This document shows positions 52,901 to 64,000 of a stretch of 64,000 bases of DNA, one piece after another; within the stretch, counting starts at the first letter, position 1; each line of letters opens with the position of its first letter. The stretch spans positions 6,076,001 through 6,140,000 of the forward strand of contig JBHGNT010000022.1 in NCBI GenBank assembly GCA_043228905.1, written 5' to 3'. The notes beneath the pieces were generated by a model, which was given only the letters and a program-made list of their open reading frames with translations, was not told the DNA's origin and did not search any database. A program made the position numbers and the translations under genes. The stretch comes from Azolla caroliniana. Its lineage: Eukaryota; Plantae; Polypodiophyta.

Positions 52901-54440
52901 TTGCAAACTTTTGAGTATGTGAGTTGATACTAATATTCTTTGGAATCCCATTAATTAGGTTTAAAAGAGCAGTCTGATTCCCAACTGCAATCAAATGAAT
53001 CGGGAACTTCATGGAGCACAAGTGTAGAGTCAGATTCTGGTCAGAGTCAGAATCAAATTAACCTTTGCACGGAGGCAGACTCTGGAAGCACATCTTCCAC
53101 ACATGAGGATTGTGAGAAAAACGAAGCATTCATATGTGAAGAGCAGTTGGCATGTACAAACAACAGTATGTCTAAAGAAGCCTATGAGGAGTGTGGAAAG
53201 AATATGGCAAGTACTGAAGAGAAGACTGATTGTACTGATAATGTGGCAAGTGCTGAAGAGAAGACTGGTTGTACTGATAATGTGTTAGTAGTGTCTACTA
53301 ATAATGTGGTAGTACTGTCTAAAGATTCCCATGAGGATCATGGAAAGAACATTGCTAGTAATGAAGAGGAGCTTGATTGTACTGAGAATGTGCTAGTAGT
53401 GTCTTGTGAAGCCCATGAGGATCATGGAAAGAACATCGCTTTCCCTGAAGATAAGCCTGATTGTACAGAATCCCATGAGGAGTGTAGAGCGAACAACATT
53501 ACTAATGAAGGGGGGCCTGATTGTACTCAGAGCGAGCATACTAGCATCACCCAAGAGGACCAGGCAATAACGACCACCCAAGCAGGTACACGTTGTCTTA
53601 AGAATGAGGTGACATCCACTGTACAAGAGGAGTTGACCATGACTACTGCCACGGTCCACATACAGGAGTCTAATAAGAACGAGTGTATAGGCATCGATGA
53701 TGATGATAGGGCAATAAAGACCGCTAGGAGTACAAGCATTCAGGAGATGAGTGATAATTTGTCTATCGATAGCACCTTTGTGGATTTGTGTACAAGCATT
53801 GCAGTTGCAGAAAACATAGTTGCTCTCTCAAGCTTGCCACCAGTACAAGGTGCCCGCGCATCCACGCCTATCTCTGATGCCTCTGATGATGAAGTGCCAC
53901 TTAGTCAACTCATACCTAGGATTATTTTGTTAAGGAAAGGAAGGTCTGTACTTTAAAATCCATAACCTGGATATGCAGGACTTATATACAAGAAGTTAAA
54001 ACTCAGATGGCTTCACAGGACATATCATGAAACAAAAAAGGATTTTGAGAGAATAATTTTCTTTGTTGTCTTCACAGAATTCATCGCCCCCTTTGAAGAA
54101 TGAACTTACAGTAGAAAATCTTACAATATTAAAGTCTTTAATGGATTCAACTAACAATCTTCTCTTGGTAGCAAAAGAAGAGCAGATTTATGTGCCAACA
54201 GAGGACACACCAACTCTTATGAATCTAGACTTTATCAAGAAGATATACAATATTTTTACTCATTTTAACATGGCTCTACAAAACTTCTATGCTCAAATAA
54301 CATCAGGAAACATGAGCAATATCGGCAATGAAGAAATCCAAGTCCTGTTGACAACAACTAATATATTATGAAAGATAAGTACAAGTGGTTGAAAGGCATA
54401 AACACTTTAGAAGAAAGACGAAATATATCAATTCATTTGT
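49906..54440 (+). CDS. Multi-exon cargo gene: basic N-terminus, VNW-type globular domain, coiled coil, RING finger, acidic low-complexity region (exon structure approximate, possibly decayed)
   Basis: Open frame at 49906-50924. RING exon at about 51010-51199 (CIFC...PCLHTYYVLC...CMDC). Further exon-like ORFs at 52206-52870, 52960-53940 and 53980-54440, with GT/AG signals at several edges. Confidence 0.65.
51250..52130. repeat. AGTAC(T)-rich degenerate tandem repeat in the cargo-gene intron
   Basis: Repeated GATTAGTACT...GTAATTTGG...AAGTGAGTAGTACATTGTTCA units. Confidence 0.8.
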
Positions 54441-54516
54441 CAATCATCAAAATTAATAGTGAACTCCAAGTGGATGTTTTTCAGTTTTTTGGTACAATGT
54501 ATTGATAGGGTGACTT

Positions 54517-57500
54517 TCAAGCATTAAATAGAGAGACCTCCCCTAATATGTGCTCATGAACCTCTTGGGGGACCTTGTAGACAGTGTTGTATCCCTTAAC
54601 CTTGTGCTTTGCTTGAGTCATATTGAATTTGATCGCAAGAATGGCATCAGCGTAGATTATTGCGATGGGTGCTTCTTTTAGTAATGCATATGTGTTCTTG
54701 CACTGCAGCAACTTTGCATAATAGTTTCCATACATGACAGAGTCACCAACGTTGAAATTGTTGCCCCAACCATCCCTCACCACTTCTTTCAATAATGTCT
54801 TTCCTTGCTTGCACACCACAATGTAGTAGTCTTCTAAATCTTCATTCTTAGGAGATTTGAGCACTGCAAAATGATCTCCAACTTCCAATAAAACTGTCAA
54901 GTCTTGATTTTGGTTGTAGTATACAATATCGTTTGAATGCACATCCTCTTCAATATCATCTTGTCGTTCAGGCTCAAGCTTCTGTAGCTTCCAGGGCTCC
55001 ACGATTGATAGGTTGATGCATTTATCCCAAGCTTCATCTAGACACATGGAACAAAAGCATGATAAACTACGGAGTAACAATTGTGTGGTGTCCTTGCGGC
55101 TAAACCCTAACACACAATGGGTGCTGCGTGTGCCTTTCACGGTTTTACAACCATATGATTTAGTTCTATCGACCTCATCAGCGCGAACTTCAACAAACAA
55201 TCTGTTCTTACCATCATTTGACATCTTCCATGTTAGCCACTGCACAACATCATGTGCATTTTGTAACTTAGCACCATTATTATCCAACTGCTCACTTGTA
55301 AGGGCACGTTTGATCACAGCCCCCACGCCATCATGCTCTCCTTTTCCATGTCCAGACCCGAAGTAATTCCATTGCATACGAATATTGAATAAGGAGAAAT
55401 ACCTGCTTTGGTATCTCAGGTTTTCAACAAAATTAGTACTATGTTGTTAATTGAGAGTACTACACTCTACACTTATTAAAAGATAAATAGTACTATGTTG
55501 TCAACCAACAGTACTTGGCATCCATTTAATACTAACTTAGTATGGATATAGCACAAAGTATAGTACAATGAGTTCATGGAAAGCACTCTACATGTATTAA
55601 TAGATAAATAGTACAAAATGTTCAATATCAGATAGTACAGTACAATGTGTCCACGGAGAACACAACCCTCCTTAGAAGATCATTAGTACTACAAGACATG
55701 TACTTTACATCCCCCAATAAACACTGATTTAGTATAGATACAACACATAGTACAATACAGTGTGTTCATGGAGAACGCTGAACATTGATTAATAGATAAT
55801 CAGTACCACACAGTGTGTTTAAAAGATGAGTACAAGATGAGTACAATACTATGAGTACAACATGAGTAAATACGGATTTAGTACAATTCTCTTAAGGACG
55901 GACAATACTATAAGTACAAGATGAGTACTTTACATCCTTTTGTAAACACAACATAGTACAAAACCAACACACAACATAGTACAATGTGTCTATTTAGAAC
56001 CCTTCACATGGATTAACCGATACTTAGTACAATTCTCTTAAGGACGGACAATACTATGAGTACAAGATGAGTACTTTACATCCTCCTGTAAACACAACAT
56101 AGTACAGATACAACACACAACATAGTACAATGTGTCTATGGAGAACCCTTCACATGGATTAAAACATAATTAGTACAATTCTCTTAAGGACGGACAATAC
56201 TATAAGTACAAGATGAGTACTTTACATCCTTTTGTAAACACAACATAGTACAGAACCAACACACAACATAGTACAATGTGTCTATGGAGAACCCTTCACA
56301 TGGATTAATCGATACTTAGTACAATTCTCTTAAGCACGGACAATACTCTGAGTACAATATGAGTACTTTACATCCTTCTATACACACAACATAGTACAGA
56401 TACAACACACAACATAGTACAATGTGTCTATGGAGAACACTTCACATGGATAAAAAGATAATTAGTACAATTCTCTTAAGGACGGACAATACTATGAGTA
56501 CAAGATGAGTACTTTACATCCTTTTGTAAACACAACATAGTACAATGTGTCTATGGAGAACACTTCACATGGATTAAAAGTTACTTAGTACAATTCTCTT
56601 AAGGACGGACAATACTATAGAGTACAATACGAGTACTTTACATCCTTCAGTAATTACTGATTTAGTACAGATACAACACACAACATAGTACAAACAAAAT
56701 TAGTATGCATGCATCCATTCAGAAGTGCAAGATTCGAATAGTTACAAACATAATTAGTATGCATCCATGTGAATAGTACTGTTCGTTAATAGTTACAAAC
56801 ATAATTAGTATGCATCCACTAACACAAGAATTACTTCCTTACACATTGCATGATAAGTACTAAAAATATGGATTAAAAATTACCTGGCGATAAAGTAGAA
56901 CGATAGTGCCGCCTTAAACTGCGAGGCAGCACCATCAGACCAAACCCAATGACGGTTAAAGGTTAACCCTAGAGAAAATAAATCTGCATGGTGAAGCTTA
57001 AAACAATGTTGAACAAATAGTGTATCATGCTTTTTATCATCTGAAATGTAAAATATTGATTTCTTATGTAACTCACCGTCTTGCCTCCAATAGCAAATAT
57101 GTACAAGTATTGTACATTGATCATTGTACCAATGCATTGATTGAACCTCATTTTGAACTTTAAATGTATAGTTTTCTGCAAAATCAATAACGGATACAAT
57201 GACACCCGTTGGTAAGTTATTAATACATTCCTTGAACTGTGAATTTTGCCAATAACTCCGGAAGTTATGTGGAATGAACTCCCCAAGTTGTTTCTTAAAT
57301 TCTGAGACAAGGGTAGCAGCACATGTCTCCTTATATACTTCCTTGATACGCTTAGTTACAACTCCCTTGCCAATATTTTCAGTCACATACTCCGAATATT
57401 TCCATTTCACGATATGACTATTTCCCAAATCAAGCTCTTGCCTACAAAATAATGGTAGCGGACAAACCTTACATGTTCTTAATAGACATGTGCGACGATG

Positions 57501-58531
57501 CCACTCACATGATGGTTCTTTTTCACAAACACAAGACCTCCATAGCTCAGAAACAGATGCATAAGTCATGTTTCGTGCATTACACCTATTATCCTCCCCA
57601 TTTGGTCTACAAATCTCACAAGTGCAGACACATAATTCCCCGTGTATACCCTTAGAATCAGTACGCATTGCATTCACTGCTAGCCTTAACATGTCCATCT
57701 TCACATGGTACACACAACAACATGTATTCCTCTCATTTAATTTTCTAACGTAAAATGGTTTCAAACCTTGGAACTTGCGGAATCCAACAGTCAAGCTTGG
57801 ATGTTGGTCTTTAAAGTTCATGTACAATTCAGCCTACATCAACCAATATATATAGCAAACATTAATATACACTTGGTCAAAACACAAAGTTATGGAATGT
57901 GAATTGATATAAAAAAATGGAATACCTCTGTCATCTCCAAGAAGTGTCTAGGGTGAATCTGGTACTTACCCTGACTTATTCATTGTCTACACCCATCCTT
58001 CTTATTTGGTGAGACACGCGTATTTTTGGCCCAAAATGAATCCACTTTCTCAATAATCTCTTGAGATAAGGCATCACATCGTCGTCTACGTCCCAACCCT
58101 AGCCACTTGAATTTGCTTGAGTGTATATTTCGGCGATGTTTCCTGAAGTTCCTTCTTTGAATACCCAGGGCTAAGGCAACTTTAGTATCACTATTTTTTT
58201 TTTCTCTCGCACCGTTCACAACCATGTGTAGGGCTGCCCTCTTTGCAGCAAGTTTGTCTAAGCTCTCTACACCTTTCACTAAGTCTATGGATGACTTCAT
58301 AGACTCCACAATCTCTTCTAAAACACATTGGTCCCTAAATTTTATTCTCTCCATGTCTTCATTCAAACTTTGATGGTGTAACACTCTACAGATAATATCC
58401 CTACGATCCTCTTCACTAAATCTCTTCGTTATTTCTACCAAATAACGGACTATGTGAAGAACCACTCGTCTCTTAGTCCTTTCAGATATGCATGAGTTAC
58501 TTGACAACTCACTCTCGTTAGGAACCCCCAT
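54517..58531 (-). CDS. Sola2-like DDD transposase of ~810 aa, exons 58531-57926, 57833-56884, 55402-54517, with one premature stop at 57980-57982
   Basis: GT-AG introns of 92 bp (phase 0) and 1481 bp (phase 2) join in frame. Catalytic motifs VIDFAENY, WSDGAASQFK and GHGKGEHDGVG are intact. Cys clusters lie upstream, and LSCFCSMC downstream. Confidence 0.88.
55880..56690. repeat. ~146-bp tandem repeat (5-6 copies) in transposase intron 2
   Basis: AGTACAATTCTCTTAAGGACGGACAATACT... recurs at about 55881, 56026, 56172, 56318, 56464 and 56587. Confidence 0.92.
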
Positions 58532-58759
58532 TCGGTCACTAGATTTATCCACAAAAATTAAGTGTCTTCTGAAAGTAGTTAATGTTATATAGACTCAACC
58601 AAGAAAACACAATCAAATGTTTTTAAATGTGGCCTGCAAAGTGAGAAATATTTTGTTTCAAACATTAGAAATACATATCAAATATGACAAATGTCAATTC
58701 TAAAAATTTAGTACTGAAATATGAAGAAATGAAACATTTTAGTACTGAAAATAAAAAAA

Positions 58760-58992
58760 TGGATGGAAGGAACCTCCAATGGTGAAGGGAGCGTTGGATA
58801 TGCCGCCTCGATTTGGTGGAAGGAACCTACAATGGTGGAGGGAGCATGGATATGCAGCCTCGATTTGGTGGAAGGAACCTCCAATGGTGGAGGGAGCTTT
58901 GGATATGCCACCTCGATTTGGTGGAAGGAACCTCCAATGCCGCCTCTATTTGGTGGAAGGAACCTCCAATGCCGCCTCGATTTGGTGGAAAA
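58760..58992. repeat. Short GC-rich tandem repeat GCCGCCTCGATTTGGTGGAAGGAACCTCCAAT upstream of the transposase
   Basis: About 5 copies, directly visible. Confidence 0.85.
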
Positions 58993-60584
58993 AGCCCCAA
59001 ATCACCACGACATCAACTACAATCAGTGGAAGTAAGAAAGTCGTTGTCGAAGAAGTTACTATTGGCTGCTACCTAAACCCTCAGAACAGTCTCTGTACCT
59101 CAACCTAAACCCTAACAAAAACAGAAACCCTAAAAAAATCAGAAATCCTCAACTCAAACTCTCCAACCAGACATGGATGTCTGAGATTTAGATTGAAGGA
59201 AAATCAGAAACGTGACATGGATGTTTGTGATGAAAAGCTCAGAGGGATAGAGGAAGAGGAGTATGAGGGGAAGCGCCAAAACGACGTGAGGGGAAGCGCC
59301 AAAATCGACATGAGGGGAAAATAGCCCCCAAAATGGAAGAACATCTCCTCACGTGTTCCCCCCACTCCTTCTACAGTAAATGACACTTGTACTACAGTCA
59401 CCCCACTCTCCAAAATCGATTTTCTTTTTCTCTAATTTTGTTTTTGAATTATTCAGTACTAATAGTATTGAAAGTACTGACAATTTTTGTGGCCAAAAAC
59501 AATACTTTTCTAGTACACCGTAGCGTGCTTCGACCCTTAAGTAGAATTTCAAAATGGCACGACGCATGCATATGTGGTTTATGAAAACATAGTGAAAAAT
59601 AGAACTAACTAATATCACATCAACAAAATCATCCGATGTATATTCTATCTACCATGTTTTTGTCCAAATCTTAGACAGGGGTATATTTGTCAATGCAAGT
59701 ATAATAGTAACATGAGTCCTTGTGCATATTCTAAAAAGCATACCCCATTATGTGTGTATATTTATATATAATATATTTTAAAGCAAATTGTGAACCTTGC
59801 AATTAAGAGATACTACTATGTCAAGAGAAAATTTCCATTGACACGTAATACATGACATCGTCAATGTATAAATAAACTAGTCTACAATAACATTCCAATC
59901 ATACGAGTAAATGATAGAGTATAAATTTATCTCCCATATACCCCAAATGATAAAGGAGAGTTTGGAAAACATGTACACATACAAATATACTTAATCTCTA
60001 AGTTCAATGATTGTTACACGAAAATTATAAGTAAGCTCAACTTATATATTGCGTAAAAATTTAACAATTCATATTGTTCAAATTTTACAATAAGCCATAT
60101 CCATTCAAAGCCATCTCCTCAGGATTAGCTCTTTCATCAAGATTGTCCTCATTGGCTTCGTTAGTACGTTAAGTTCAATCGTTAGTATGTTCAGACTCTG
60201 GTACGTCTTCTAATTCAACAAGGTGCCATGCGTCTTCATTTATAGGTTCCATAGGTTCTCGAAAAGTCATCTAGAACATCTAAGTTTCATTGATATGCTT
60301 TGCCCCAACTTCTTCGTCTTGATCAGGACAACCCCAAATACCTTGGATCCTCATTTTGATGAAATTAACTTGCTCAGGGTCCTTCTCTAATGCAATAGAG
60401 TTCTTGATCATCTTTAAGGCACATGTTTTAGTAGTACATGACAGTAGAATGAAATTGCACAGGTAACATCAAACTCAAGAATAGACTATAACGTTAATCT
60501 AAATTGATGTAAGTTTTATGTTATATACCTGTGTCAAAAAACAAATCTAAAACCCATTGAAAATTTGAAAAAATAAAAAATCTT

Positions 60585-62460
60585 GGATTTTCAATTGGAA
60601 TCCAATGCGATGCACTGGATTTCAGTTGAAAATCCAAGATTTTTTTTCTTTTGTAATTTTTAAAATTTTTTCCATAAAAAAATAATAAATGGATTTTCAA
60701 CTAAAATACTATGCACTACATTATATTTTAGTCTATATAGCTAGAATCTAATGCAATGCGTTGGATTAAAGTCAAAAATAATAATAAATGGATTTTCAAT
60801 TGAAATCCGATGCACTGCATCAAATTGTAGTCTATATAGCTAGACATCAACGCAGTGCATCAGATTTTAGTTGGCAATCCTTTTTCTTTTCAATTGTTTT
60901 TCATTTTTTCGAAAAATAAATAAAAATATGTTAAAAAAGTGGATTTCCAACTGAAATTTGATGCACTACATCACATTTCAAATAAAAATCCAAATTTATT
61001 TTAGTTTTTTCATAAAATAATGAAATAATAAAAAAATATTGCATTTTCAACGAAAATATGATCTATTGAGTCAGATTTCAGTTCAAAATCAATGATAAAG
61101 AAAAATATTGGACTTTCAATGGAAATCCGATGCAATGCATCGGATTTCCGTTGAAAATCCCCTTGAAAATGATGGACCTTCAACAGTGCATCGGATTCTA
61201 GTTGAAAATACATCATTTTAAATGGAAAAAATCACAATTTTTTTATTTTTAGCAATGTTTTAGGGAAACATTATAAGAAAATAAGAAAATTTGAAAACAA
61301 ATAAGAAAAACAGGATTTTCAACTAAAATCCAATGCAATCCATCGGATTTCTGTTCAAAATCCATTTTTCAATTTCCAAAAAAATGGATTTTATCGAAAA
61401 AGAAAAAAAAAATTCCAAAAAATACAAAAAAATTTCAAAAAATATGAAAAATTTGGAAAAAAATAAGAAAAATTTGGACTTTCAACCGTGCATCAGATTT
61501 CCATAGAAAACCCATTTTTTCAATTTTTATTTATTTTTTTATGGGAGAAAAAATTTCAAAAAAATTTCAAAAAATATGAAAATTTGAAATACCAAAAAGT
61601 GGACTTTCAACCAAAATCCGGTGCAGTGCATCGGATTTCCGTTGAAAATCCATTTTTCCAATTTTTATTTATTTATTTATGAGAAAAATATAAAAAAATA
61701 CAAAAAGAATTACGAAAGATATAACAATTTGAAAACAAATACTAAAAAGGGGACTTTCAACCATAATCTGATGCAATGCATCGGATTTCCATTGAAAATC
61801 CATTTTTCCAATTATTATTTATTTTTTTATGGGAAAAATATAAAAAAAGACAAAAACAAATACAAAAAATATGAAAATTTTAAAACAAATACGAAAAAGG
61901 GGACTTTCAACCAAAATCTAATGCAGTGCATCGGATTTCCGTTGAAAATCCATTTTTCCAATTATTATTTATTTATTTATGGGAAAAATATAAAAAAATA
62001 CAAAAAGAAATTTGAAACTAGGAAAATTTGGTAACAAATAGCAAAAAGTGTACTTTCAATGGAAATATGATGCATTGAATCGGATTTCCATTAAATTTTA
62101 TTTTTCAAATTTTTATTTATTTATTTACGAGAAAAATGAAAAATCACAAAAAAATTACAAAAAATAAGAAAATTTGGAAACAAATAAGAAAAAGTGAACA
62201 TTGAATTGAAATCTAATGCAGTGCATTGGATTTCCATTGAAAATCCATTTGTAAATTTTTTTCACTTTTTAAAGATATTTTGAAAGTGGATTTTCAATTG
62301 AAATCCAATGCAATGTATCATATTTTAGACTATGTAGCTAGAATTCGATGCAATACATTATGTGTTAGTTGAAAATGGAAGAGTTTTTTTTAATGGAAAT
62401 TTAAAAAAATTTCCAAGACTTACAACAGGAATCTGATGCACTACATCCAATTCTAGATGT
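60585..62460. repeat. Array of ~50-bp hairpins GGATTTTCAACT.AAATCCGATGCA-N-TGCATCGGATTT..GTTGAAAATCC with A/T-rich spacers (150-bp period in part)
   Basis: More than a dozen copies, with the same core palindrome as 37140-37760. Confidence 0.9.
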
Positions 62461-63285
62461 ATAGAGTAAAATTCAACATGGTGGATCAAATCTAGATGGA
62501 ATGAATTAGATTTTTGTATGACATCGAAGGCTTACTATGAGAATCTAAGAAAAAAGAAAAGCATCTTTACGACATCTTTTAGATTCTAATGATTTTGGTA
62601 GAAAGCTTCTCTCACATAATCAAATATCGTAAATAGAAAGTACATAATTAAATATCATAACCAAAAAGTGAGGAAGAAAGATGCATCAAGCACATCTACT
62701 CTTACATTGGATAATGTTTATATACTAGTGTATAACTTATCTTTGACCAGAATAAGTTATCTACGACAGACCACAATGAAGATACTAAAAGAGGATCTAG
62801 AATGTGGCTTCAGACACAACACAAAGACAAACAAGAAGCATGACTCATAACCTCGATAAGGTTGGATTGCAATTGGATGAAGACAATGCATTAGTTGCCA
62901 TTGATGATGAGGATGAAACCTCATAAACTCTTACTAGTTCATCTAATGGGTATGAAGATGATGGCATAAACTTGGAAAACAATTGTCCTGATACGTTAAC
63001 TATAAATATTGTATTGTACATCAAGATTTGGATTCATAAATTTCTATAAATATTGGTGTTAGTCATCTTCAACATTCATTTGTAAGTTTGGCATGTCCAT
63101 TATTTAGGCCTTTTTTTGAACACCTAAATTTCCATACATGCTAAAAATCAATATATTTTTGGGTCATTTTTAAAACTCCTTTATGCATGCGGCACCCCTT
63201 TTTGTGAATCACCCTAATTTGTGTCATTTTTTGATGGACAATTCTCAAAATGCGACATATTACCTGTTTCAAATGACCCGATGTT

Positions 63286-64000
63286 CAAACCATTTTTTCC
63301 TACATTTCTTGGTGCATTTCCATGATGTGTGGTTGGTCAAAAAACATTTGTTTGTATAGGAGAGAATGACTTTCTTAAAAGCTTCCCATTTGCATTCTAG
63401 TGTGGCACCATCTTATATCTTTGTCATTTTTAACATATCCTCAACCATCTTGGAGTACATGGGCGCTCGCTTAAGGTTCATGCTCAAGTGCCGTTGTTTA
63501 CTATCATCAATGGCCTTCTTAGAATCAAACTTACACATGCATTTGAGATCAAGACATAAAGTCCTATGATCGGATTCTAATGTCCATTCCCCTAGTGAGA
63601 ATTTATGTATACAATCCAAAATACCTTCAGAAAGTAGCACATAGTCAATCACACTATTTCCATTGTGTTTTCTACATGTAAAACCATTAGTGTTGGGCCA
63701 TAAAGAAACACCATTTGCAATAAGCAATCCAGCACTATTGCATATTTGTAGGAGTATCTTCCCAAATTGGTCCGGATCTATTTCATTGCTAGAAGAGCGG
63801 CTATATATTTGCATATCCTCTTGCATCCTTGAGATATGTGGCATTAATGATTCTTGTGAGTCAAGTTGGAAACTTCTTGTACGAGCATTCATGTCACCAA
63901 AGACAATAACTTCCCCTTTGGATTTGAAATAAGCAATATCATCTTAAAGATTAGCAAAATGTTGATCTTTATCCAAACAAGAATAAAAGTTAGAATCTTG
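63286..64000 (-). mobile_element. RTE-like LINE, 5' part (APE endonuclease)
   Basis: GDMNART, FTC...GNSVIDYVL, ESDHR. Continuous with 46083-48398 across the CAAA TSD. Confidence 0.9.

Larger units (their letters stand above)
48481..59536 (-). mobile_element. Sola2-like DNA transposon, family F2, 11,056 bp, near-intact, two genes
   Basis: 24-bp TIRs GGGTCGAAGCA(T/C)GCTACGGTGTAC at 48481-48504 and 59513-59536. TTAA TSD at 48477-48480 and 59537-59540. An empty-site paralog lies at about 35835-35880. Confidence 0.93.
48399..63285 (+). mobile_element. Non-autonomous Sola1-like TIR transposon, copy 2 (hosts the nested Sola2-like element)
   Basis: TIRs of about 37 bp with perfect core GGGTCATTTGAAACAGGTAATATGTCGCATT at 48405-48435 and 63249-63279. 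4-bp TSD CAAA at 48395-48398 and 63286-63289. Transposase 3' remnant at 62668-63000. Confidence 0.85.

Noticed and set aside
48477-59540. piggyBac or Kolobok assignment because of the TTAA TSD
   Set aside because: Termini are GGG...CCC rather than piggyBac CCY, and the DFAENY/SDG/HGKG motifs match neither superfamily as I recall them. A database search should confirm this.
60585-62460. CRISPR-like array (palindromic repeats with spacers)
   Set aside because: Eukaryotic context, degenerate repeats, spacers related to one another and A/T low-complexity, no cas genes, and it lies inside a TIR element.

Overview
Eukaryotic, TE-dominated land-plant DNA, probably a non-seed plant such as a fern (inferred from the gene and TE content). 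There is one apparent host gene, a 6-exon vicilin/7S-globulin-type bicupin at 28512-31092 with RY-like promoter motifs, and a decayed CCT-beta fragment. The rest is nested TEs: two Ty1/copia elements, a chimeric Ty3/gypsy insertion with two different LTRs but one TSD, a chromovirus remnant, a solo LTR, RTE-like LINE fragments, and three families of DDD-type DNA transposons that I assign to Sola from recalled motifs. The most notable feature is an 11,056-bp TIR element at 48481-59536 (24-bp TIRs, TTAA TSD). It carries a near-intact spliced Sola2-like transposase and a convergent cargo gene encoding coiled-coil plus RING finger. A second Sola2-like family carries a convergent FCP1/SCP-like phosphatase-domain gene instead. 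All three DNA-transposon families have introns filled with family-specific palindromic tandem repeats, a layout resembling the VANDAL/VANC anti-silencing system. All calls come from reading the sequence; no database search was run.
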